Origin: an uncultured Myxococcaceae bacterium
GTDB taxonomy: Bacteria; Myxococcota_A; Polyangia; Polyangiales; Ga0077539
Reading direction: 5' to 3'
Assembly (NCBI GenBank): GCA_945952225.1
Contig: CAMFHP010000026.1
Location: 13,968-77,967 of the forward strand
Length of the DNA: 64,000 nt
The notes under the pieces were generated by a model. The model was not told the DNA's origin, made no database searches, and saw nothing but the letters and a program-made list of their open reading frames with translations. How positions within the stretch are numbered: the first letter of the stretch is position 1; every line of letters begins with the position of its first letter. Below are positions 9,376-18,374 of the stretch, one piece after another. The position numbers and the translations under genes are program-made.

Positions 9376-10206
9376 TCAGTACGCGTGGAACTCGGGGTGA
9401 CGCGCGAGCCCGTAACAGACCGTCGCCCAGCCCGCCTGCTCGGGGGTGAAGCGCGAGGCCGCCGCGCCCGTCGCGCGGTGACGCGCCACGGTGCCGTTGT
9501 AGAGCTCGAAGAAGCGCGCGGCCCGCGGGGTCTCGGCGAGCGCCGCGGGATAGCCCAGGAACGTGCGATGGAGCACGTCGAAGCGCGCCGCGAACTCCGC
9601 CGCCGTGGGGGCCGCCGCGGTGGGGTCGAACGCGAAGATCACCCGCTGCGCGACGGGGAGCGTGCCGCGAAGGTCGCGCTCCACCGCGCGGTCGCAGAGC
9701 GCCACGCTGAGGCGCTCGAAGGTCGCCATCATCAGCGCGTTGGTCTGGTTTCCGCGGGGCTGATCCACGCGGTAGTCGGGGAGCCCGAGCGCCGCGAGGT
9801 AGTCGTTCCACGCGTCGAAGAGGGCCGAGCCGTCGGCGCCGCGCGCGCGGGTCTGCACGTCGAGGGGTGCGAGGCCGCCGAAGAGGGCGAGGTACGAGCG
9901 GATGTACGTCTCCGCGGGCATGAGCCGCGGGCCCTCTTTGTGGGTGGTGTCCTGCGGCAGCGACTCGTGACCCGGGATCGACGTGACGGGCACCGAGGGC
10001 ACGTTCTGCGAGGCGTCGGCGGGAGGCGCAGGCACGTCGGCGGGAGGCGTCGCGCTGTCCGTCGGCGCGGGCGCGTCGGGCTGCGAGGTGCCGCTGTCGG
10101 CGGTGGGCCGCGGGGTCACCGCGGTGGTCGCAGGCGCGCTGTCACACGCGGCGAGCGCGAGGGGCGCGACGAGCGCGAGGAGCGCGAGGGGTTGCACGCG
10201 GATCAT
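9376..10206 (-). CDS. Hypothetical lipoprotein, middle gene of the DUF1588-DUF1501 operon
   Basis: MIRVQPLALLALVAPLALAACDS is a signal peptide with a lipobox. The ATG overlaps the upstream stop (ATGA). It ends 16 nt before the DUF1501 start. Confidence 0.65.
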   Translation of the reverse strand: MIRVQPLALLALVAPLALAACDSAPATTAVTPRPTADSGTSQPDAPAPTDSATPPADVPAPPADASQNVPSVPVTSIPGHESLPQDTTHKEGPRLMPAETYIRSYLALFGGLAPLDVQTRARGADGSALFDAWNDYLAALGLPDYRVDQPRGNQTNALMMATFERLSVALCDRAVERDLRGTLPVAQRVIFAFDPTAAAPTAAEFAARFDVLHRTFLGYPAALAETPRAARFFELYNGTVARHRATGAAASRFTPEQAGWATVCYGLARHPEFHAY

Positions 10207-12122
10207 GGAGTGGCTCCCGTGCGCCACGCGTCGGGGCGGAGGTTGTTCGAGTTGCGGTACGCGTCGCTGAGCACCATCGCGCGAACGAGGGCGCGCATGC
10301 GGTAGTTGCTGCCCGTGAAGGCCGTGGTGAGCGCGCGCTTCATCGCATCGTCGTCGGGCCCGAGCTGACGCCCGAGGAACGACTCGGCCACGTTCTCCAC
10401 CGCGCAGGGCGCGAACTCGGCGCTCTGCGTGATGGCGCGTCCAGCGCCCGCGGGACCCGCGTCGGCGTTGTCGGTGGAGCCGTACGCGCTGCGCAGCATG
10501 CCCATCGCGCTCGTCGAGAACGCGGGGTCGTAGAAGGTCCGGCAGTTGGCCGACATGGCCGTCACCGAGGTTCCCCCGCACGCGGGGTTCATCGTCGGGA
10601 AGCGCGTCGCGGGGAGCCAGGTCCAGTCGTTCTCGGTGACGCGGGTGAAGTACGCGGCGAGCGGTTCGAGCGTGCGGTGACACGCGGCGCAGCCCGGACG
10701 CACCATGAGGTTCGACTCCGTGGAGGGCATGAGCGCCACGTTGTCGGCCGTGAACTCACGACACAGGAACGCGTTGTAGAGCACGTGCGCCCGCGACCGC
10801 CGCGAGCCGTACTTCATGAGGAACGCAGGCATCGTGAGGATGCCCGCCGCGCGCGCGCCGCGGTCGGCGACGCGGGTCCAGGTGTTCGTGTCGTGGGGGA
10901 GGAGCGAGGCGGGCACGCGCGTCGTGTCGAAGAGGTTCTCGGGCTGCACGTACCCGAGCCCGATGGCCGCGTTCGAGCAGCAGCTCGCGGGCTGGTGGTG
11001 CTTGTAGAACGTCGCGAGCGGACCGTTGATCCACGTGTCGCGGCCCGTGAGCACCTCGCGGAAGTCACGGTCGTCGCTCACGAGGTGTTCGAGGTAACGC
11101 TGCGTCTCCTGCGACCACCAGAAGAGGTTCCAGTCGTCCTGCGCCTGGTTCGCGCTGTCGAGGGGATCGTCGGGACCGAGCGGCGTGCGCGTGGGGAAGT
11201 TGAACGCCTGCGGGTTGTTGCTGTTGCTCGACCCCGGCATGCAGCGCTCGAGGCCCGGGCCGCAGCCGCAGTCCGTCGTCGAGCGGTAGGCCACGTCCGA
11301 CGTGCACGCGATCGAGGTGCCCGCGTTGGTGCGCGCCCACGTCGTCTCCGACGGGATGTTGATGATGCGACCGAAGGGCGGCGTCGCGGGCCGCGCGCGG
11401 TTGGCGAAGTACACCGTGCCCGTCGCGGCGGTGGAGGCCTCCTCGCGACACACGCGCACGGTCATCGTCTGCGTCATGTTGTCGACTTCGCGCTGGAGCC
11501 CCGTCACCGGATTGAAGTTCGGGAAGCGCGTCGCCCACGTCGTGGCGTTGAAGCGATCGCTCGGCGCGGTCGCCCGGTAGTCGCGGTAGAGCCACCACGG
11601 ACGCACCTCGACGGTGTTCGCATCGAGCACCGCCTGCGTCACCCGCGTGGGCGTTCCCCGCGCGTTGCCCGACGCGTCGATGGTGATGCCCGACTCCGCG
11701 TTGGTGAAGCAGAAGTCACCGTCGGTCTCCGCGCGACGACGCCGCTGGTTGAAGCGGTAGTACACGTACGTGGGCGTGCCGTCGGGGCCGAGAATCTGCT
11801 GCCGACGCAGCACGATCGACGCGGGGTTGAACTGCACCGCCGCGGTCACTTCGAGGCGCAGCAGGTCCATGTAGAGCGTGCGGAGACGCTCGGCGTACGC
11901 GGGCTGCGAGAGCTTCTCGTCGACCCACGCCTCGACGTTGAACGTCGGCTGTTCGAAGCGCGCGATCTCGTCGCGCGTGGGAATGCGCCCCTGCAGGTCG
12001 ATCGAGAGCGCGCGGAAGTACCTGTACTCCTGCAGCGTCCGTTCGGCCTGCGCGGACGATGCGAGCGTCACGGCCGCGGCCGCGATCGCTCCCGTCAGCA
12101 AGGTGTTTGGTCTGCGCAGCAT
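10203..12122 (-). CDS. DUF1588-like (planctomycete PSD-type) protein with a CxxCH motif
   Basis: It has a signal peptide and LSIDLQGRIPTRDEIARF. GILTMPAFLMKYGSRRSRAHVLYNAFLCREF and RPGCAACHRTLEPLAAYF match the conserved DUF1588 core as I remember it. Confidence 0.7.
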   Translation of the reverse strand: MLRRPNTLLTGAIAAAAVTLASSAQAERTLQEYRYFRALSIDLQGRIPTRDEIARFEQPTFNVEAWVDEKLSQPAYAERLRTLYMDLLRLEVTAAVQFNPASIVLRRQQILGPDGTPTYVYYRFNQRRRRAETDGDFCFTNAESGITIDASGNARGTPTRVTQAVLDANTVEVRPWWLYRDYRATAPSDRFNATTWATRFPNFNPVTGLQREVDNMTQTMTVRVCREEASTAATGTVYFANRARPATPPFGRIINIPSETTWARTNAGTSIACTSDVAYRSTTDCGCGPGLERCMPGSSNSNNPQAFNFPTRTPLGPDDPLDSANQAQDDWNLFWWSQETQRYLEHLVSDDRDFREVLTGRDTWINGPLATFYKHHQPASCCSNAAIGLGYVQPENLFDTTRVPASLLPHDTNTWTRVADRGARAAGILTMPAFLMKYGSRRSRAHVLYNAFLCREFTADNVALMPSTESNLMVRPGCAACHRTLEPLAAYFTRVTENDWTWLPATRFPTMNPACGGTSVTAMSANCRTFYDPAFSTSAMGMLRSAYGSTDNADAGPAGAGRAITQSAEFAPCAVENVAESFLGRQLGPDDDAMKRALTTAFTGSNYRMRALVRAMVLSDAYRNSNNLRPDAWRTGATP

Positions 12123-12278
12123 GGGGTCGTCCGTCGCCTCGCTCCCTGTGGGTTGGAGATGTCGTCTCGCGGGTCGTGTTGCGGCCCCCGATCGGGTGCG
12201 CGGAGGGCGCCCCGCAACGTGCTCACGTTACACACCCGCCGGTGCGCGACACCAGCGCGAAGCCGCACGAAACGCGCT

Positions 12279-13367
12279 TCAGAACGTGATCGCGCAGGTC
12301 ACGCCGCTGACCACGCCGAGCGTCGGCGCACAGCGTCCCGCGCGTGCGGCCGACGGGGTCGACGGCGCCGTCGCGAGGAGCACGGTCCCGGTGATCGCGA
12401 GCGCGAGCCCCACACCGCCCGCGGCCCACAAGGCAGGCTGCACGACGTCGACGGTGTCCTGCGCGAATCGACACGCGGGACCGTCGGTGGTGCGCGCGTC
12501 GAGGCAGCGCGCGTCGGTGTTGAACGCCTCGCCCGCCGCATCGACCAGGAACCACGTCGCCACGGCCCCGGCGACGAGCACCGCCCCCGCGCCGATGCCC
12601 ACCCACGCGACCGCGCGCCGCGTGCCCGACGGAGGCGCCGCGAGGGGCCGCAGGTCGGTGACGGGCGCGCTCGGAGGCTCCGTGGGCGGGGTGGCAACGG
12701 GTTGCGCGGCCGTCGGCGCGGGCTGTGCGGAAGGGGTGGCAACGGGTTCCGGCGCCGTCGCCGGAGGTTCTGCGGGAGGGGTGGCAACGGGTTGCGTGGC
12801 CGTCGCGGCGGCGCCGGGCGCGAGGAGCCGCACCTCGTCGTGGAGGGTCTCGTTCGCGGCGATGGTGACCGTGCGCGTGGCGGTGACCCGTCCCTCGGCG
12901 CGCACTTCAAACGTGAGCGGCCCCGCGAGCACGTGGATGGGCGCGCCCGACGGGCCCGCGCGGCGGCCGTCGATGAAGACCTCGGCGCGCGCGGGGAGCG
13001 TCTCGACGACGAGCGTGCCGATGTTGGCGCGCATCTGTTCGAGCGACACGAGGAGCGTCGCGCGATTGCGGGCGATCCACGGGTCGCGGAGCGCGGTGAG
13101 GGCCGCGATGAGGTGCGCCTCGGCGTCGACCCAGCGCTCCATGGCGGCCTCGCAGAGGGCCATCTCGGCGAGCGCGCGGGGCGAGCGCGTGCGGGTGTGG
13201 AGCGCCTGGAAGAACGCCAGCGCCTCGGCGTCTTGATGGTGCGTGCGGAGCGCGACGCCCTCGGTGAAGGCGGCGTCGTCGGGGGCCGCGGGCTGCGCGC
13301 GTGCGGCGGTGCACACGAGGGCGGCGCAGAGCGCGACGGGCAGGGCGAGCAGGGTTCGTTGGCGCAC
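12279..13367 (-). CDS. PEGA-domain protein with a Pro/Ala/Thr repeat linker and a C-terminal TM helix
   Basis: The GTG start at 13367 gives VRQRTLLALPVALCAALVCTAARAQP as signal peptide. TLVVETLPARAEVFIDGRRAG is a PEGA motif. A QPVATPPxEPP repeat follows, then AVAWVGIGAGAVLVAGAVATWFLV as the TM segment. Confidence 0.7.
   Translation of the reverse strand: MRQRTLLALPVALCAALVCTAARAQPAAPDDAAFTEGVALRTHHQDAEALAFFQALHTRTRSPRALAEMALCEAAMERWVDAEAHLIAALTALRDPWIARNRATLLVSLEQMRANIGTLVVETLPARAEVFIDGRRAGPSGAPIHVLAGPLTFEVRAEGRVTATRTVTIAANETLHDEVRLLAPGAAATATQPVATPPAEPPATAPEPVATPSAQPAPTAAQPVATPPTEPPSAPVTDLRPLAAPPSGTRRAVAWVGIGAGAVLVAGAVATWFLVDAAGEAFNTDARCLDARTTDGPACRFAQDTVDVVQPALWAAGGVGLALAITGTVLLATAPSTPSAARAGRCAPTLGVVSGVTCAITF
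12688..12815. repeat. Imperfect 45-bp tandem repeat, about 2.8 copies, inside the PEGA gene
   Basis: Units begin GGGGTGGCAACGGGTT at 12688, 12733 and 12778. They are in frame and encode the PVATPP(A/T)EPP linker. Confidence 0.8.
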
Positions 13368-13576
13368 GGTCGCGGCGACAGTCGCAACCTTCGCGGAGGG
13401 TGACAAGCGTCGGTTTCGCACACCGCGCGTCGGGCGCGCGCACGAGGAGATCCGCCAGATGCCCACGAAACGGACGCGGACCGCATCGCCGAGAGCACGT
13501 GTTGCGCAGCGGGTGATTGTCGCGCCACGGCGCGGGACCAACCGTCGGTTCAAGGATCGCCAAGGGAGAACAAGCG

Positions 13577-15400
13577 ATGGAGTCACGACGCCCGAGCGTG
13601 CTGTTCACGCTCACACGGCCGGTCGATGCCGTGCACATGAACTTCGACGAGGCGCTGCTCGCCCACGCAGAGTGGAAGCTACGGCTCAACCTCTACATCC
13701 ACGGCGAGGGCTCGCTCGACGCGAAGGTCGTCGCCGAGGACTGCCACTGCAAGCTCGGGAAGTGGCTCTACGCCGAGGGGCGCAAGTTCCAGAGCGAGGT
13801 CGAGTACGAAGACCTGCGACGGGTGCACGCGGAGTTTCACCGTCACGCCGCGCAGGTGGTCGAGGCCGTCGACCGCGGCGACCGCGAGGGGGCCCGGGCC
13901 ATGCTCGCGCCGGGGTCTGCGTACGCAGACGCGTCGACCGCGGTGTTCGTCGCGATCGGGGCCATCAAGGCGCGCGTCGCGGAGAAGACCGACCTCATCA
14001 TGCAGTGCGTGCCGAGCGGCATTCTCGTGATCGACGCGACGCTGCTCGTGCAGTCGGGCTACTCGCAGCAGTGCCACACGCTGCTCGGCGCGCGGCACGT
14101 CACGGGCGCGCACCTCTGCGACCTGCTTCGCCTGCGGGGAAGGGATTTTGAACAGGTCGAGCTCGCGCTCCAGCAGGTCTTCGAAGACGTGCTGCCCGCC
14201 GATGTGACCCTCGCGATGCTCCCGCCGCGCGTGACCGTCGGCGCGCGGGTGCTCTCGATGCGCGCGAGCGCGCTGCGCTCCACGGGTGACGAGATCGACT
14301 ACGTGCTCTTCACCTTCGAAGACGTCTCGCACCTCGCCGCGATGGAGCAGGAGCTCACGCACGCCCGCTCGCTCCTGCGCATCGCGCGCAGCCGCGACGC
14401 CTTTCTGCGCTTCAGCATCGACACGCGCGCGGCCCTCGAAGCCCGCCTCGAATGCCTCGAAGACGAGATCGGGCTGCGCCGCGACATCCACACGCTCAAG
14501 GGCAACGCGGGCCTCTTCGACCTGCACTCCGTGGTCGACGCCGCGCAGCAGGTCGAGGACCTCACCGCCATCGGCGCCGACGACGTGCGCGGCCTTCTCG
14601 CTGCCTTCGACGGCGCGCTCCGCGAGATCGACGACCAGCTCGGTCGCTCGACGATCGGCCACGCGCAGGTCTTCGAGATCGACCAGGACGCGCTCGCCCC
14701 CTACGAGCGCATCGACCGCGACGGCGACACCACCGCCCGCGCCCGCGCGCTGCGGAGCCTCGTGCAGCGGCTCCACCTCAAGCCCGTGCGCGCGCTCCTC
14801 GGCCCCGTCGAAGACCGCGTGACCTCGCTCGCCGCGCGCCTCGACAAAGACGTCGTGTGCGAGGTGAGCGGCGCCGACACCCTCATCGACGCCGAGCGCG
14901 CGGCGCCCGTATTCCAGGCCCTCGCGCACGTGTACCGCAACGCGATCGACCACGGCATCGAGGCCTGCGACGAGCGCCTCGCGCGGGGCAAACCCGAGCG
15001 CGGACAGCTCTGCATGCAGGTGCGCCGCGACCGCGCGTGGCTGCGCGTGACCGTGCGCGACGACGGCCGCGGCATCGACGTGGAGCGCCTCGCCCGCAAG
15101 GCCGTGACCCTGGGGCTCACCACCGCCGACGCGGTGTCGGCGATGAGCCACGACGAGCGCCTCCAGCTCGTGTTTCTCGATGGGCTCAGCACCGCCGATC
15201 GCGCGAGTGAAATCAGCGGACGCGGCGTGGGCATGAGCGCCCTGCGCGCGGCCGTCGAAGCGCTCCGCGGCACGATCACCCTCCGCTCGCGCCCCGGCGA
15301 GGGAACCACCATCGAGCTGGCCTTTCCCGATGCGGGCCACGACCTCATCGAGAGCCTCGTGCCCCGTCGCGCGATGACCGGGCTCAGCGTCGCGCCCTGA
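13577..15400 (+). CDS. CZB (chemoreceptor zinc-binding) - PAS-like - Hpt - CheA-type HATPase histidine kinase
   Basis: HAEWKLRLNLYI...DCHCKLGKWLY...VHAEFHRHAA is the CZB His/Cys signature. RRDIHTLKGNAGLFDL is an Hpt motif. HVYRNAIDHGIE, DDGRGID and EISGRGVGMSALRAAV match the CheA-like N, G1 and G2 boxes. There is no CheW-like P5 domain. AAGGGAGA lies upstream of ATG 13577. Confidence 0.85.
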   Translation: MESRRPSVLFTLTRPVDAVHMNFDEALLAHAEWKLRLNLYIHGEGSLDAKVVAEDCHCKLGKWLYAEGRKFQSEVEYEDLRRVHAEFHRHAAQVVEAVDRGDREGARAMLAPGSAYADASTAVFVAIGAIKARVAEKTDLIMQCVPSGILVIDATLLVQSGYSQQCHTLLGARHVTGAHLCDLLRLRGRDFEQVELALQQVFEDVLPADVTLAMLPPRVTVGARVLSMRASALRSTGDEIDYVLFTFEDVSHLAAMEQELTHARSLLRIARSRDAFLRFSIDTRAALEARLECLEDEIGLRRDIHTLKGNAGLFDLHSVVDAAQQVEDLTAIGADDVRGLLAAFDGALREIDDQLGRSTIGHAQVFEIDQDALAPYERIDRDGDTTARARALRSLVQRLHLKPVRALLGPVEDRVTSLAARLDKDVVCEVSGADTLIDAERAAPVFQALAHVYRNAIDHGIEACDERLARGKPERGQLCMQVRRDRAWLRVTVRDDGRGIDVERLARKAVTLGLTTADAVSAMSHDERLQLVFLDGLSTADRASEISGRGVGMSALRAAVEALRGTITLRSRPGEGTTIELAFPDAGHDLIESLVPRRAMTGLSVAP

Positions 15401-15552
15401 TCACCGCACCCGCGTCGCCCTCACCACGCGACCCTCGACAGCGCGCAACAAGCCTTGTTTTGCAGACCTTCGCTGCACCGTACGCTGCGCAGCCGTCATC
15501 GGACGGGCGACGCCGTGGCACACCTTCAACGCCGCGGCGCGGAGTTCTTCCC

Positions 15553-17007
15553 GTGACCCGATTCCACGCCCTTCGCGCGCTCACGCTCGCGCTCCCGATG
15601 CTCGCCGCGTGCGGCGACGACACGCCCTCCGCGGTCGCCCCGCGCGACGCCGCGACCGACACCGCCACCGGCACGCGCGACGCCGCGACCGATGGTTCGA
15701 CGGGCCCGTCGTTCACCGCGAGCTGCGTCTACAACAACGCCTTCTCGCGCGCCGAAGAGTGCCGCGACTACATCGACCCGAACTGGACCGAGGCCTCCGT
15801 CGCCACCGACTGCACCAACGCGCGCGGCACGCTGCGCATGGGCATGGCGTGCTCGTACCCCGCGGCGCTCGGACAGTGTGAGCTGCGGCTCCCCAACACC
15901 GACGCCACGCGGCTGACCTTTCCGGGCAACGACCCGTCGCAGTGCGCGGCCACGCAGCGCGGCTGCACCGTCTTCGCGCGCGGGAGCTTCACGCCCCTCG
16001 GCGTGTGCGCGGGCGACGGCGGCGTCGGCGATGCGAGCGTGTCCGACGGATCGACGCCTGCGGCCAATGTGTTCCTCCCGCCGGTGCGCGACTGCCGTCC
16101 TCCGCGGGCGGGTGAGCCGCGCGGCAACGGTCCCGACGGACAGGTCTGCACGTGGGTGGCGATCTCGGGCTCCACCGAAGCGGGACGCCGCTACGAGGAT
16201 TACGCCTCGTGTGATCGCGTGCGCACGCAGCGGCCGTACTACCCCGCCGAGCCCGGACGCCCGCGCGGCGACGACGCCCGCATGCGCGACCCCGCGTACG
16301 TGGCGGAGTTGAACTGGGTGCGCTCGCAGATCGCGTCGAGCGCGTGCGTGTGCTGCCACTCGACGCGCGCCCCCGAGGGTCCGTCGAACTGGTACCTCGA
16401 AGCGCCCGGCAACTGGATGGACAGCTTCGACGACACGGGCCTCGCGCTCGGCGCCAACTGGATCGACTCGCGCGCCCTCGGCGCCTATCCGCCTGGAGAG
16501 AACAACGGCTTCGACCGCGTGCACTCGGGCATGCCCAGCACCGAGCCCGAGCGCATGGTGCGGTTCTTCCAGCAGGAGCTCATGCACCGCGGACGCACCC
16601 GCGAGTCGTTCGCGAGCGCCGAGCCCTTCGGCGGCCCCATCTACGAGCAGCTCATCTACACGCCCTCGGCCTGCACGGGCACCGACGGCCTCGCCGCCGA
16701 CGGCACGCTCCGGTGGACGGGCGGCGGCGCGCGCTACGTCTACGTGCTCGACGGAGGCTCGGCGAGCCCGGGCGTTCCGCCGAACCTCGACCTCCCCATG
16801 GGCACGCGCTGGCGCCTCGACGTGGCCCCCACCGACGCGCCCCTCGCGAGCGGCATCGCGTACGGTCGAGTCCCCACGGGTGCGACGCAGCGCTTCCCCG
16901 CGACGGGTGCGCCGGCGGCCCTCGTGGGCGGCGCGACGTACTACCTCTACGTGCTCGCCGACGTGGGCATTCCGATCACGCGCTGCACCTTCACCGCGCC
17001 CCGCTGA
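15553..17007 (+). CDS. Hypothetical Cys-containing lipoprotein
   Basis: The GTG start at 15553 gives VTRFHALRALTLALPMLAACGDD, a signal peptide with a lipobox. It contains a CVCCHS motif. I recognise no family. Confidence 0.6.
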   Translation: MTRFHALRALTLALPMLAACGDDTPSAVAPRDAATDTATGTRDAATDGSTGPSFTASCVYNNAFSRAEECRDYIDPNWTEASVATDCTNARGTLRMGMACSYPAALGQCELRLPNTDATRLTFPGNDPSQCAATQRGCTVFARGSFTPLGVCAGDGGVGDASVSDGSTPAANVFLPPVRDCRPPRAGEPRGNGPDGQVCTWVAISGSTEAGRRYEDYASCDRVRTQRPYYPAEPGRPRGDDARMRDPAYVAELNWVRSQIASSACVCCHSTRAPEGPSNWYLEAPGNWMDSFDDTGLALGANWIDSRALGAYPPGENNGFDRVHSGMPSTEPERMVRFFQQELMHRGRTRESFASAEPFGGPIYEQLIYTPSACTGTDGLAADGTLRWTGGGARYVYVLDGGSASPGVPPNLDLPMGTRWRLDVAPTDAPLASGIAYGRVPTGATQRFPATGAPAALVGGATYYLYVLADVGIPITRCTFTAPR

Positions 17008-17022
17008 ACGCCTCCCCCGACG

Positions 17023-17040
17023 CCTCTCCATTCGGAGAGG
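17023..17040. terminator. Hairpin CCTCTCC-ATTC-GGAGAGG between convergent genes (possible bidirectional terminator; no U-tract)
   Basis: It has a perfect 7-bp stem and a 4-nt loop, between the stop at 17007(+) and the stop at 17075(-). It belongs to a local family of CTCTCC/GGAGAG palindromes (see findings). Confidence 0.3.
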
Positions 17041-17074
17041 TGCGCCCCGTCATCCCCTCTCCCAGCACACACCG

Positions 17075-18274
17075 TTACGCGCGCTTCGCGTCGGGGTCGT
17101 GGGGCCCCTCGCATCGCTCGATCTGCACCGTGAGATGGCCCACGCGCGCCGCCGCCCGCACGGCGTCGACGTAGGCCGCGAGCGGCGCGGGATCGCTCGT
17201 CACCACGGTCACCACACATCCGTGCTGCCCCGGCGCGAGCTCCCACATGTGGAGGTCGGCCACGCGCGCATCGCCGAGGGCCTCCACGCTTTGTTTGACG
17301 GCCTGCACCGTCGCAGGCGGCGCCGACGCATCGAGGAGCTGCGCGGCCGACGCGCGACAGAGCCCCACGCCCCACCGCACGATCATCACGCTGCCGAGCA
17401 CGGCCACCGCGGGATCGAGCCAGCGCCATCCCCACCAGCGCCCCCCCGCGAGGGCCGCGATGGCCAGCACGCTCGTGAGCGCGTCGGCGATCACATGGAG
17501 GTACGCACCTTCGAGGTTGTGGTCCTTGATGGCCTCTCCATCTGGAGAGCCCGCCGCGCGCGGCGCCGTTGCGCGGTCGTGCCCGTGGTCGTGACCGTGG
17601 TCGTGCGCCGCGGGACCGTGCTCGTGATCATCGTGCCCGTGGTCGTCGTGGCCGTGGCCGCGGTCGTGGTGGTCGTGGCCGTGGTCGTGCCCGTGGTCAT
17701 GACCATGGTCGTGCGCGCGCACCTCACGGGGCGCCTCGCGCGGGGCGGCGTGCGTGTGACCGTGGCCGTGGTCGTGGCCGTGGTGGTCGGGGTCGTCGCG
17801 GAGGATCCACGCGCACACGAGGTTCACCACGAGCCCGAGCACCGCAACCGGGAGCGCCTCTTCGAAGCGCACGGCCGTGGGGCTCACGAAGCGCGCGACG
17901 GCCTCGGCGATCATCCACAGCGCGACGAGCAGCAGCACGACGGCGTTGGTGTAGCCCGCGAGGGCGTAGATCTTTCCCGTGCCGAAGCTGAACCAGCTCG
18001 ACCCGGCGCGCGTGCGGGCGAACCAATAGGCGAGCGCCGAGAGGCCCAGCGCGCCCGCGTGCGAGGCCATGTGCCACCCGTCGGCGGTCAGCGCGAGCGA
18101 GCGCGTGAGCGTGCCCACCACGAGCTCCATGACCATCATCGCGACGGTGATCGCCACGACGGCGCGCGCGCGGGCCTCCTGTCGCCGCGCGGGCATGGCC
18201 GAGAGGTGGTCGTGCGGCACGGCGTGAGACTGGTGCGTGTGCATCGTCGGGGGGTCGTCCTTCTCCCGCTTCAT
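17075..18274 (-). CDS. Cation diffusion facilitator (CzcD/ZitB-like) metal efflux transporter with a long His-rich loop
   Basis: The TM core includes SLALTADGWHMASHAGALG and AYLHVIADALTSV, which carry the CDF HxxxD-type sites. A loop of about 75 aa made of HD/HG repeats is also present. Alternative start at ATG 18244. Confidence 0.85.
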   Translation of the reverse strand: MKREKDDPPTMHTHQSHAVPHDHLSAMPARRQEARARAVVAITVAMMVMELVVGTLTRSLALTADGWHMASHAGALGLSALAYWFARTRAGSSWFSFGTGKIYALAGYTNAVVLLLVALWMIAEAVARFVSPTAVRFEEALPVAVLGLVVNLVCAWILRDDPDHHGHDHGHGHTHAAPREAPREVRAHDHGHDHGHDHGHDHHDRGHGHDDHGHDDHEHGPAAHDHGHDHGHDRATAPRAAGSPDGEAIKDHNLEGAYLHVIADALTSVLAIAALAGGRWWGWRWLDPAVAVLGSVMIVRWGVGLCRASAAQLLDASAPPATVQAVKQSVEALGDARVADLHMWELAPGQHGCVVTVVTSDPAPLAAYVDAVRAAARVGHLTVQIERCEGPHDPDAKRA

Positions 18275-18374
18275 ACCGCCGCATGCAGTCAGCGGTGAAG
18301 CGCACCGTGCGTCGAGATCGACGACGAGAGGTGCCACGTTGGGAACGCGCCGTGTTATCGCCGCGGCACCGCTC

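Noticed and set aside
7648-9449. 521-aa (minus) and 503-aa (plus) ORFs overlapping the DUF1501 gene
   Set aside because: They are alternative frames or the opposite strand of the DUF1501 gene. Only the 7983-9359 frame has a Tat signal and family motifs.
10677-13403. 908-aa plus-strand ORF
   Set aside because: It is antisense to the DUF1588 and PEGA genes. Its composition is typical of an antisense frame (R, G, E, V, H runs).
17570-17805. Short periodic DNA repeats, considered as a possible CRISPR-like or satellite array
   Set aside because: The periodicity comes from codon-level repetition of His-Asp/His-Gly inside the CDF gene. There are no spacers and no cas genes. The same applies to 30070-30200 in larC.
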